From positions 348,463 to 412,462 of the forward strand of contig CAVOMZ010000007.1 in the NCBI GenBank assembly GCA_963697135.1: 64,000 nucleotides of DNA, in the 5' to 3' direction. This DNA is from an uncultured Chloroflexia bacterium. GTDB lineage: Bacteria; Chloroflexota; Limnocylindria; Limnocylindrales; CSP1-4. A program made the translations under genes and the position numbers. Below the pieces are notes generated by a model. It was not told the origin of the DNA and did not search any database. It was given only the letters and a program-made list of their open reading frames with translations. Positions 40,377 through 50,460 of this stretch are shown one piece after another. The stretch's first letter is position 1, and every line of letters begins with the position of its first letter.

Positions 40377-41913
40377 ATGGCAGGCAAATCGGAGGTCCTC
40401 GAGGTCGCCGGCCGGGAGGTGACGATCACCAACCCGGACAAGGTCTTCTTTGCCGAGCTGGGCGTGACGAAGATGGAGCTCGTCCGCTACTACCTGGCGG
40501 TCGCCGAGGGCGCCTTGCGCGGGGCGGGTGGCCGGCCGATGGCCCTCAAGCGCTTCGTCAACGGGGCCGACGGACCGTTCTTCTTCCAGAAGCGGGCGCC
40601 CGAGTCACGACCCGACTGGATCGAGACGGTCGAGCTGTCCTTTCCGTCCGGCCGGACCGCCTCCGAAGTCGTGATCCGCGACGCGGCCCAGCTGGCCTGG
40701 ATCGTCAACCTCGGCTGCATCGACCTGAACCCCCATCCGATCCGGGCCGACGACCTCGACCATCCCGGACGAGCTGCGGGTCGATCTCGACCCGGTCCCC
40801 GGGGTCGAGTGGGCCCAGATCCGCGACGTCGCCCTGGTCGTACGCGAATCGCTCGAGGCCGCCGGCCTGGTCGGCTGGCCCAAGACGTCCGGGTCGCGGG
40901 GAATCCACGTCAACGTCCGGATCGAGCGCCAATGGACGTTCCCGGAGGTCCGCCGGGCGGCGCTCGCGCTGGCCCGGGACGTGGAACAGCGGGCCCCCGA
41001 CCTGGCGACCTCGAAGTGGTGGAAGGAGGAGCGCCACGGCGTGTTCATCGACTACAACCAGAACGCCAAGGACCGGACCGTCGCCTCGGCCTACTCGATC
41101 CGGCCCCGGGCCGATGCCCGGGCGTCGACCCCCCTGACCTGGGACGAGGTGGCCACGATCGACCCAGCCTCCCTGACGATCAGGACGGTTCCCGCCCGCT
41201 ATGCCGAGATCGGCGATCCCGGGGCGGGGATCGACGAGGCTGTCGGCTCGCTTGACGGGCTGCTCGAGCTCTCGGCTCGCCACGAGAACGAGGGCCTGGG
41301 CGATGCCCCCTGGCCACCGAACTACGCGAAGCAGGCCGGCGAGCCGCCCCGCGTCCAACCTTCCCGGGCACGCAGGCCCAGGTCCGAGTACGAGCCGGGC
41401 CGCGGCGAGGGCGGCGGCCCGCCGCCCGAGGTCGCCGCCGAGCGGGCCGCCGCGGTCGCTGCGGGGGACGAGAACGCCGGCCTGCCGACCGAGTGGGCCG
41501 GGTCGAGGCCGACACCGACCGGCCGGAGAAAGAGCGCCATCCCGGTCGTCGAGATCGCCCGAGCGGAGCACCAGGCGGAGGCCCTCGCGGGGCTCGAGCG
41601 CTGGAAGGGACGCCATCCCGAGGTCGTCCCATTCCTCGAAGCGCGGGACATCCTGGTGGACTCGATGCGCGGCCGCTCGACGACCTGGACCCGGGTCCGG
41701 GTCAATCTCATCCATGTCCCCGAGGCGGACCGGCCCGTACAGGAGGCCCTGGAATCCGACTTCGACCCGTGGGCGGGGATGGACATCGAGGCCTGGAAAG
41801 CCGCGACCGCGGGGCCCTGGGCCCGCAAGCCCGGACGGAAAGCGAAACCGGAGGCAGCAACGGCCGACTCCGCAAGGAAGCCGCCGGCCGGACGAGATTC
41901 GGAGCCGGCCTAG
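40377..41913 (+). CDS. LigD-type polymerase/primase domain protein (Prim-Pol) with a ~200-aa C-terminal extension (one frame switch near 40765)
   Basis: VTITNPDKVFF...MALKRFVNG...IVNLGCIDLNPHP is in ORF 39936..41255. DELRVDLDP...KTSGSRGIHVNV...FIDYNQNAKDRTVASAYSIR is in the frame of ORF 40981..41913. Confidence 0.85.
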
Positions 41914-42031
41914 CAGGCCGTCACGGACTGCCTTGATCGCCCTTGACGCCGAGGCGGGCGGAGGGCGATAAACGGAGCAGCAACCTGGAGCCACGCCGCG
42001 AGCCCAAGCCGGCCGAGCATGGGAGGATCGG

Positions 42032-42982
42032 ATGTCCGGAGCAGTCGCCAGCCCATTTCCGGCCGACGCCCTGGCGGCCAACCAGGCCGGCCGGCTGACC
42101 GACGCCCAGCGAAGCCTCTACGCCGCCGACGATCGGTCGTTCCGGAAGACCGAGCTGTACGTGGCTATCGGCGCGGCCGTCATCGCGGTCCTCCTGCTGA
42201 CCTCGAGCGGATCGGCCTCGAGCAGCCTCTTCAAGCCCGTCGCGATCGTGGTCTGCGTCGCCCTGGCGATCGTCCTGGTCGTGCGAGCGACCCTGGTCCG
42301 CGACGCGCTTGCCTCGGATCTCGCGGCGGGCAGCGTCGTCTCGATGGACGGGGCGATCCTGAAGCGGGTCGTCCAGAGCAGCGGACGATCAGCGGAGTCG
42401 AGCCACTATCTCATCGTCGCCGGCAAGCAGTTCAAGGTCGGGCCGCACTTCTACGCCGGCGCGCCGGAGGCCGGCTACGTCCGGGCCTACTACCTCCCGA
42501 AGAGCTCGACCCTGGTCAACCTCGAGCAGCTACCGGACAAACCTCTCCCGGCCGGGATGGCCGACGACCCGAGCTCGATCGCCAAGCTGGCGCTCGACGA
42601 GCTCAAGACCCGCGACCCGAACGCCCGGGCGGAGGTAATGGCCGAGATGGCCGTCCTGAAGAAGTCCTACGAACAGGATGATGCCTCGACGGCCGTTCCG
42701 GCCGCGCCGGGAACGAGCGCCCAGACCGGCCAACCACCGCTGGCCGAGGCGATCGTGGGCAAGTGGCGCTCGGGCCCGATCGAGATCACGGTCGACTCGG
42801 ACGGGACACTTTCAACCGTCCTGCCTGGTGGCCAGGCGATGACCGGCCGCTGGTCGGTCGATTCGAGCGGTCTGCTCCACGCCGACGTGGCCGGCCAGGA
42901 TATCGCCGGGCAGGCCTGGATCGAGGGCTCCACGCTGACCGTCAAGGATGGAGCCGAAGGCCGCGTCTTCCATCGAGCCTGA
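42032..42982 (+). CDS. Hypothetical membrane protein (2 TM plus soluble C-terminal region), orphan
   Basis: Intact 316 aa with a GGGAGGA RBS. The TMs are LYVAIGAAVIAVLLL and VAIVVCVALAIVLVV. I recognised no family. Confidence 0.6.
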   Translation: MSGAVASPFPADALAANQAGRLTDAQRSLYAADDRSFRKTELYVAIGAAVIAVLLLTSSGSASSSLFKPVAIVVCVALAIVLVVRATLVRDALASDLAAGSVVSMDGAILKRVVQSSGRSAESSHYLIVAGKQFKVGPHFYAGAPEAGYVRAYYLPKSSTLVNLEQLPDKPLPAGMADDPSSIAKLALDELKTRDPNARAEVMAEMAVLKKSYEQDDASTAVPAAPGTSAQTGQPPLAEAIVGKWRSGPIEITVDSDGTLSTVLPGGQAMTGRWSVDSSGLLHADVAGQDIAGQAWIEGSTLTVKDGAEGRVFHRA

Positions 42983-43027
42983 CGGCGATCCGGGTCCGAC
43001 GGCGACCTGGGCCGCGAGCCGTCGGCC

Positions 43028-43721
43028 TCAAACTCCGAATGGGCGAAGCCAGGCGAGGCCGAACACGAGGCTGACGGCGAAGACCCCGAAGCGGGCCAGC
43101 CAGCTGATCGGGCTTCCCTCCCGCTCGGCGACCTGGCGCGGGGCAAAGACGAGCATCGCGTAGTAGACCGCCGAGAACAGCAGCAGGAAGCCGGCCAGTG
43201 GCGCGACCGCCCGGAGGTCGGAGCCCGCGGTCAGCCCCACGAGGGAGTCCCCGTTCGTCACGCCGTCGAGGACGCTCCAGTAGATCCCGCCGGCGGCGAG
43301 GATGAACGGGGTGACCAGGGCTCGCCGGACGGAGGTCGGCAGGGCCGGCCAGCGGATCCGCAGGCCGGCGAGCAGGACGACTCGCCCCGATCACCACGGC
43401 CCAGGCACCCGCCTCGGTGAGAGCCAGGCCGGTGACGGCGCTGACCCCGACAAGGATCAGGCCGCCCACGAGCGGACCCATGGCCCCGCGCTCGATCACC
43501 CCACCCTCGGAGTCCGGGCCGGGATCGGACGTCCGGGTGATCAGGCAGGCGAGCGCGCCGACCACGGCCACGAGCCGGAAGACGCCCACGACCGGATGGC
43601 CCGGATCGAACGGGCCGGCGCCCTCCGTCCCCGAGGCACCGAGCAGCGGGCTGGCCAGGCCAACCCAGCCGGCCAGCAGCCAGTCCTCGATCCTGAGCGT
43701 CGCGAAGAGATCGCGCCACAT
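43028..43721 (-). CDS. Hypothetical polytopic membrane protein (frame-disrupted, about 2 switches)
   Basis: The N-terminus MWRDLFATLRIEDWLLAGWVGLASPLL... is in ORF 42942..43721. The C-terminus ...GFLLLFSAVYYAMLVFAPRQVAEREGSPISWLARFGVFAVSLVFGLAWL is in ORF 43028..43261. Confidence 0.5.
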
Positions 43722-43901
43722 GGCCGCGAGTATGCCGCCGGACGGATCGGCAGATGGGCTATCGGGGCATGGTGCGAAGCGGTGATTCCGACCCCGGCAC
43801 GATCCGGCCAGTGTCAGCCCGTGACCGGCCTCAACGGATCTCGCTCAGCCGGCCTGGCCGGGGGGTCGAACGCGCCCATCGCCGGGGGACGCTCCACGCT
43901 C

Positions 43902-46635
43902 GTGCCCCGCCCGGGCGTCGTGCTCGCGGCGGGCCTGCCCGTCGTGGCGGCCCTCGTCGTCCTGACGATTCTCGATGTCGGCGGCAACCGGGCCCTGTGG
44001 GAGAACGCCCAGCTGGACCGCCGCCGGGATCGTGGCCTTTGCCTATCCCACCTCGATCGCCTGGCGGTCGAGCTCGACGGAGCGCTTGATCGCGACGCTC
44101 GTGGCGATCGGCACGGGAGCCTGGCTGATCGGTCAGCTCCTGTGGGACGCCCAGGCGGCCCTCGGCTGGTACGCCTTCCCGGCCCCGTCCGACGCCGGCT
44201 ACCTGCTCCTGGCCCCGCCGGTGATCGCCGCCCTCGTGGTGGCAATCCGGCATCGCCTGCGGCAGGCCGAGGAGCTCTCGGTCTACCTCGACGCGGTGGC
44301 GATCTTCCTGACGATCACGGCCCTCGTCGGGGCGATCGCCGGCGGCCAGATGGCCGAGCTCGGCCCGCTCGGCGCGACCGTCGCCCTGACCTACCCGGTT
44401 GTCCACCTGGCGACCGCCGGGGCCGGGCTCGTCGCCCTCCTGGCGGTCCGAGCCTCTCCGAGGGGCGGCGGCTACCTGCTCCTGGCGCGGTTTCGCGATC
44501 CTCGGCCTGGCCTGGGTCGCCTGGCTGCGCCAGGCCCTGGTCGAGCCGCCGGCTCCGGGCAGCCCGATGAGCTATGCCTTCTCCGCTGGGGATCATCGCC
44601 GTCGGCCTCGGCGGGCGCGACTGGCGGCTCGGTGCCGCGACCGGCAAGCGCCTGGAGCAGACGGCTCGTCGTCGTCCTCGGTGCCCTGCCGGTCGTGGCC
44701 CTCGTCCTGAGCGCCCTGCTCCTCGTCCAGCGCCACCTCGTCCCGACGGACTTCGGCCTGGTCGACATCGGGGCTCTCGTCGTGATCGTTCTGGCGGGCT
44801 TCCGCCAGACGATCCTGATGCACGAACGGGGCCGCCTGCTCGACGGCTCTCCGGCTCGGCCCAGGAGAACCTCGAGGCAGCCCTGCGCAGCCGGGCCCAG
44901 GCGGCATCCCGCTACAAGGTCCTGGTCGAGAGCGTCCCGGCGGCCGGTCTACATCGACATGGCCGATCCGTCCGTGAGCGACGGCGGGCGGCTCGACTAC
45001 ATGAGCCCCCAGATCGAGGCGATCCTGGGCTACCCGGCCAGGGCCTTCGTCGATGATCCGGAGCTCTGGCCGGCGATCATCCATCCCGCGGACCGGACCG
45101 TGGCCCTGGCCGCCTACGCCGAGCACTGGACGACCGAGAAGCCGCTCCGGCTCGACTACCGGATGATCGCCGCCGATGACTCGATCGTGTGGGTCCACGA
45201 CGAGGCCTACGCCCTCCACGATGCCGAGAACGAGGGTGTCCGGATCTCGCAGGGCCTGCTGGTCGACACGACCGAGCAGAAGCGGCTCGAGGCCCAGCTC
45301 CTCCACGACACGCTTCACGACCCGCTGACGGGCCTGGCCAACCGGGTCCTCTTCCGCGAGCACGCCGAGCGGGCCCTGGCCCGCTCGCGCCGGCGCCGAT
45401 CGAGCGTCGCCCTCCTGTTCCTCGACCTCGACGACTTCAAGGTCGTCAACAATTCGCTCGGCCACCGGGCCGGCGATCCGCCTCCTGATCGAGGTTGCCC
45501 ACCGGCTCGAGGCGGCCCTCCGGTCCGAAGACGTGGCGGCTCGCCAGGGCGGCGACGAGTTCACCGTCCTGGTCGAGCGAGTCAGCGGACTCGACGAGGC
45601 CGAGGGCCTGGCCGAACGACTGGCGACCGAGCTGGGCCGGCCGATCGAGCTCGAGGGGTCGCCGGATCGTCGTCCGGGCGAGCGTCGGGATCGCCACTGT
45701 CCGGGAGCGCCCAGATCGGGGCCGACGACCTGCTGGCCCACGCCGACGCCGCGATGTATGCGGCCAAGTCACTGGGCAAGGCCCGCCACGCGGTCTTCGA
45801 CCCGTCGATGCGGATCCAGGCCAAGGGCCGGCTCGAACTCGAGTCCGCCCTGCGCAGCGCGATCGACAACGAGGAATTCGAGGTCCACTACCAGCCGATC
45901 GTGGCCCTGCCCTCACGCCGGATCATCGGGCTCGAGGCGCTCGTCCGCTGGCGCGACCCGTTTCGTGGGCTGGTCCCTCCGGACGAGTTCATCCCCCTGG
46001 CCGAGGCGACCGGCCTGATCGTGCCCCTCGGCCGGCTGGTCACCCTCGAAGCTTGCCGACGCCTGGCCGAGTGGTCTGCCCGGGGGCTCGGCAACGAGGG
46101 CCTGACGATCAGCGTCAATGTCTCCGGCCCGGCAGGCCGTCGAACCGGGCTTCGCCGGCGAGATCCGGGAGATCCTGGCCACGACCGGGCTCGATCCGTC
46201 GCTCCTGATCCTCGAGATCACGGAGTCGCTCACCCTCCACGAGTCGACCACCAGCGAGGGCTGTCTCCGCCAGCTGCGCGACATGGCGTCCAGCTCGCGA
46301 TCGACGACTTCGGGACGGGCTTCTCCGCGCTCGAATACTTCAAGCGCTTCGCCGTCCAGGGCCTCAAGATCGACCGCTCGTTCATCAGCGGCCTGGGCCG
46401 CTCGCGGGAAGACACCGCGATCGTCACCGCGACCCTGGCGTTCGCCTCGGCCCTCGATCTGCGGGTCACGGCCGAAGGCGTCGAGACACCCGATCAGCTG
46501 GCCCGGCTCGAGGCGCTGGGCTGCCCCCAGGCGCAGGGCTACCTGTTCTCCCGGCCTGTGCCCGCGGCCGAGATCGTGACGCTGCTCGAGGACCAGCCGG
46601 CCACGCCGCGCCCGCTCAGGCGGAGAAGCGCCTGA
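43902..46635 (+). CDS. Membrane-anchored PAS-GGDEF-EAL signalling protein (frame-disrupted, at least 6 switches, partly compensating)
   Basis: The N-terminal region has multiple TMs and a PAS-like segment ([16 protein letters not shown]...). LTGLANR...[16 protein letters not shown] is in ORF 43975..46635. The GGDEF motif [12 protein letters not shown] appears only in ORF 45533..46018. EALVRW and DDFGTGFS are in the main ORF. EITESL appears only in ORF 46118..46579. Confidence 0.85.
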
Positions 46636-46951
46636 GCCTCAGCCGAACCAGGTCGCCAGCTCGTCCGGGCTGACCGATCGGGTTGGATCGGGCGGCGTCC
46701 GACGACGACCGCGTTCAGCCGGCGCGGGACGGTCCTCGACCATGATCGCCAGGCGGCTCGGGACGGGCAGCCCGGCTGCTGGTTCGATCGGCTCCGGCTC
46801 GGAGGGAGCAGCCGATTTGAACGGAAGCGAATCTCGATGGCTCCATGGCGATCTCGCGCTGATTCCGGAGGCGCCTCCGTACGCCGCCCGGCTCCGTCAG
46901 CGTGCGCCGATCGAGCTCTCCTGACAAGCCAAGATTCGTGAACATAGGGTC

Positions 46952-48050
46952 GTGTCCGACCGCGCCCGACCCGCTGTCCTCAGCCGCCAGGCGCTGAACC
47001 GGGCAACCCTGGCTCGCCAGCTCCTGCTCGAGCGGTCGAGCCTGCCGGCGCTGGCCGCGATCGAGCACCTGGTCGGGCTCCAGGCCCAGGCGCCCGACGC
47101 GCCATACGTTGGCTTGTGGACCCGCTTGACCGGCTTCGCAACAGGCGATCTGGGCGACCTCGTCGCCGGCCGCGTTGCGGTTCGGGCTTCGCTCATGCGG
47201 GTCACGATCCATCTCGTCGGGAGCGATGACTACCTGGCCTTGTGGCCGGTCTTCCAGCCGGTCCTCGAACGGGGCTATCGGGCCTCGCCCTTCCAGCCGC
47301 AACCTGGTGGGGATCGACCTGGACCTCGTCGTCGAGGCCGCCGCCGAGCTGCTGGCCGAACGGCCGCGAACCCGGGCCGAGCTCGGAGCGCTCCTTGCCC
47401 GGCGCTGGCCCGGGCGGGACCCGGCGTCGCTGGCGATGTCGATCGGCCACCTCCTGCCGACCGTCCAGGTCCCTCCGCGCGGGATCTGGGGCCGCAGCGG
47501 CGCCCCGACCCAGGCCCTGGCCAGCTCGTGGCTCGGACGGCCGGTGGCTGCCGACTCCCGGCCCGACGGGGTCGTCCGACGCTATCTCGCCGCATTCGGG
47601 CCGGCCACGGTCGCCGATATCCGGAACTGGTCGCGCTTGACCCAGGTCGGCGAAGCCATCGAGCGTCTTCGGCCCGAGCTCGTCACGTTCCGGGATGAGC
47701 GCGGCCGGGAGCTGTACGACCTGCCCGATGCCCCGCGGCCGGGGCCCGACACGCCCGCCCCAATTCGCTACCTGCCCGAGTACGACAACGTCCTGCTCGG
47801 CCACGAGGATCGAACCCGGCTGATGGACATCGGCCAGAAGACCCCGCTCTATCCGGGCAACGGCGGGCGGCTGGGCAGCATCCTGGTCGACGGACGCTTC
47901 GCCGGTGGCTGGCGCGTCCGGCGGGCCGGGGAGGGTTCGCGGCTCGAGGTCGACCTGGCGCTCAGGCCGTCCCCGGCCGAGCGCAATGAGCTGATCGACG
48001 AGGGGCTGCGACTGCTCGGCGTTCATCGTTGGCCAGGCCCCGTCCAATGA
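46952..48050 (+). CDS. Winged-helix DNA-binding domain protein, YcaQ-family (crosslink-repair glycosylase-like) (one frame switch near 47290)
   Basis: GTG start. LSRQALNRATLARQLLLERS...HLVGLQAQ...RVTIHLV is in ORF 46952..47698. The rest (…YLAAFGPATVADIRNWS…PEYDNVLLGH…ILVDGRFAGGW) is in ORF 47175..48050. Confidence 0.65.
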
Positions 48051-48132
48051 GGTGATCGTGCGGACCGGCGAGGCCTGAGGAAATGGGTCGGTGCAAGCCT
48101 CGCCGCTCTGTGCAAATCTGCGGGACGTGAGC

Positions 48133-49073
48133 ATGGATCGCGGAGCGGCGCGCTGACCCGGGAACGCCGGTTCGGGCTGTCGATTGCAGCCGTCGGCGTC
48201 CTCCTGGTCGGCCTCGCCCAGTGGCTCGCGCCGCTCGGCGGCACGCCGCTCTATGACGGCGTCCAGACGGTCGCGCCGTATCTCTGGCTGATCCCGCCGG
48301 CCGGGGCCGCTGGCGGAGCGGAGGGCGCCAAGGGCACGACCGGGGTCGACAACGGCAAGAACCGGCTGATCGCGATCGCGACCCCCGAGCTCCAGCCCCA
48401 GGCCCAGCTCTTTGCGACCTCGGGCACCTTCGTCCTGCCTGCCGGGACGACCTCGATCAAGCTCTCGATCGAGCCGGTCCTGCCCCACGAGCTGCCCACG
48501 ACGGGCCACATCGAGGGCAACGTCTATCGCTTCAGCATCACGAACCAGGCCGGAGTCGCGCTCATGGCCCCGGCCAGCGCCGAGGTGACCGTGGGCCTGC
48601 GCGGGCCGTACACGACGGCCAATCAGGCGATCTCGGTCGACAACGGTTCGGGCTGGACCAACCTCAAGACGGATGATGCCGGCTTCGCGGCGTCCTACCT
48701 CGCGGTGGTGACCGGCGGCGGCGACTACGCGATGGTCGCGCCGGGACCGGGCGGGCCGTACCCGACGGCCACCCCGATCGGCGGCGGGCCGGCGGCCTCT
48801 GCGGTCGGGTCGGGAGGGCCTTCGTCGCCCGCGTCGGCCGGCCCCTCGATCGGCGTGGTCGTCCCGAGCATCGGCGAGATCGGCGGCAGCGCCGCCCCCA
48901 GCCAGGCCCCGTCCGAGACCGACACGTCGTCAGGTGGTGGACCGCCGATCGTCCCGATCGCCGTGGTCGTCGTCCTGGCCGCGGTCGGGCTCGGGCTCAT
49001 AACCGCGCTCCGCAATCGCCGCGGCCCGCCGCCGGGACCACCGCCGCGCTACCAGGGTGCCCACCGCCGCTAG
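48133..49073 (+). CDS. Hypothetical exported protein with C-terminal TM anchor and Pro/Gly-rich stalk (frame switch near 48150)
   Basis: Hand translation upstream of ORF 48564..49073 in the same frame gives RFGLSIAAVGVLLVGLAQW (signal/TM) followed by a beta-rich domain. That frame has no start codon, and ATG 48133 is in a neighbouring frame. The C-terminus is PIVPIAVVVVLAAVGLGLITALRNRR. Confidence 0.5.
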
Positions 49074-49297
49074 CCGGCGTAGTTCGGGCGTGCCCGATCC
49101 TCGGTAATTCCTGATCCGCTCAAACGTTTCTTAGAAGACGCCGTACGTCGACTCGGAGCGGCTCCCCCAGGCCGAGTCGGTCGAGCGCGGCCCAACCTGA
49201 GCGTGGACGAGGATCACGAGCGGGTCTGACGGACGCTCAGACAGCCGAGCTCGGGCCGCGAACCCGAATACCGCTTCCCCAAAGAACCGTTTGACAG

Positions 49298-49324
49298 CCC
49301 GGGCCACTGACCCCCAAGCCCGGG
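49298..49324 (-). terminator. Hairpin CCCGGGC-N13-GCCCGGG just downstream of the repeat-protein gene
   Basis: The stem is 49298-49304 / 49318-49324. On the minus strand it is followed by ctgtcaaacggttcttt (T-rich). Confidence 0.45.
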
Positions 49325-49344
49325 GAGGGCTCGCCGCCTCCTGG

Positions 49345-50460
49345 TCAGGCGCGGGCGCCGCTCCGCCAGCGGGCCAGCAGGATGATGAACGAGTAGAGAT
49401 AGGCCAGGAACATCACCAGCAGGAAGATCGTGCCCCCGGCGGTGCTCCCGTTGGTGACGTCGCTCGCCCGGGTCGCTCCGCTCAGGGCCGGAAGCAAGGC
49501 CAGGCCGAAGATGAGCGAGTAGATGATCCCGACCGCCCGGCCGAAGCCCTTGCCGAAGATCACCGCCACGCCACCAATCAGCTCGATCAGGGCAAGGACC
49601 AGGATCGTGACCCCGATCCCGATCACGATCCCGGTGACGACCTGGCCGGCGGCATCGTCGGTCGTGCCCAGGCCACCGAACTGGTCGGTAAATCCGCGCA
49701 GCGCCGCCCCGCCGACGATCAGGAGACCGCCGACTGCGGCCCAGAAGATCCCGAGCAGGGTCAGGAACAGGCCGGCGAGCCGGGCCAGGCCCGTGACATG
49801 GCCGGTCGGCGGCGGGGCTGGCTGGCCCCAACCCTGGGCTGCCTGGGGTTGAGCCGGCTGAACCCAGCCCTGCGCGCCGGGTGCGGCCGGCGGTGGAACG
49901 GCAGCGCCTGCTGCGGCCACCGTGGCAGCCGGGGCGACCCAGCCGGAGCCCTCCGGTGAAGCCGGCGGAGCGGCCGGAGCGGGCTGCCCCCACGCCGGAC
50001 CCGCGGCCGCGGCCGGGGCAGCCGCGGCGGCCGGTTGGACCCAGCCCGAGCCTTCGGGTGAGCGGGGGCGGGGTCGCCGGACCCGCGGCGCGGCGGCGCG
50101 GCGGCGGCCGGTGGGACCCAGCCGGAGCCCTGGGTGAAGCCGGCGGAGCGGCCGGAGCGGGCTGTCCCCACGCCGGACCCGCGGCCGCGGCCGGGGCAGC
50201 CGGCGGCCGGTTGGACCCAGCCCGGAGCCCTCGGGTGCCGGACCCGCGGCTGCGGCCGGTGGCAGCGGCGCGGCGGCCGGTTGGACCCAGCCCGAACCTT
50301 CGGGCGTTGCCGGCGGCACGGCGGCTGCCGGCGGAACCGGGGGAGCCGACTGGACCCAGCCCGAACCTTCGGGCGCCGCGGGCGGCGTCCCCTCCTCCGG
50401 ATCGGCCGGTGGTTGCTGGTCGGTCATCGGTCGGGCCCTCCGTGGTTGCTGGTCGGTCAA
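49345..50460 (-). CDS. Proline/alanine-rich 'PEGSGWVQP' tandem-repeat protein with C-terminal 4-TM domain (frame switches inside the repeats)
   Basis: This is the C-terminal part of ORF 49345..51984. There are two in-frame starts: TTG 50460, which overlaps the ligase TGA, and ATG 50427, which has GGAGGG 8 nt upstream. The repeats PEGSGWVQPAAA... occur about 7 times. The TM domain is LAGLFLTLLGIFWAAVGGLLIV...TIFLLVMFLAYLYSFIILLARW. Confidence 0.65.
   Translation of the reverse strand: MTDQQPRRARPMTDQQPPADPEEGTPPAAPEGSGWVQSAPPVPPAAAVPPATPEGSGWVQPAAAPLPPAAAAGPAPEGSGLGPTGRRLPRPRPRVRRGDSPLRPLRRLHPGLRLGPTGRRRAAAPRVRRPRPRSPEGSGWVQPAAAAAPAAAAGPAWGQPAPAAPPASPEGSGWVAPAATVAAAGAAVPPPAAPGAQGWVQPAQPQAAQGWGQPAPPPTGHVTGLARLAGLFLTLLGIFWAAVGGLLIVGGAALRGFTDQFGGLGTTDDAAGQVVTGIVIGIGVTILVLALIELIGGVAVIFGKGFGRAVGIIYSLIFGLALLPALSGATRASDVTNGSTAGGTIFLLVMFLAYLYSFIILLARWRSGARA
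49856..50375. repeat. Tandem coding repeats: motif TGGACCCAGCC(C/G)GA(G/A)CC(C/T)TCGGG about 7 times, including a ~179-bp near-identical duplication (about 49938-50116 vs 50117-50295)
   Basis: Aligned by eye, about 105 nt are near-identical between the two copies. They differ by one substitution and small indels (ctccggtg vs ctgggtg; gccgcggcgg vs gccggcgg). Confidence 0.75.

Noticed and set aside
43975-46635. Treating the 886-aa ORF as an intact diguanylate cyclase/phosphodiesterase
   Set aside because: The GGDEF motif and part of the EAL domain are missing from this frame and are found in side frames. The ORF is open only because GC-rich off-frame sequence lacks stops.
46639-46743. 34-codon minus-strand ORF (MVEDRPAPAERGRRRTPPDPTRSVSPDELATWFG) in the 316-bp spacer after the GGDEF-EAL gene
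   Set aside because: It has no RBS and an off-frame-like composition, and it overlaps the stop of the upstream gene. The evidence is insufficient. The spacer does contain a perfect 14-bp palindrome, CGGAGGCGCCTCCG, near 46866-46880, which I could not interpret.
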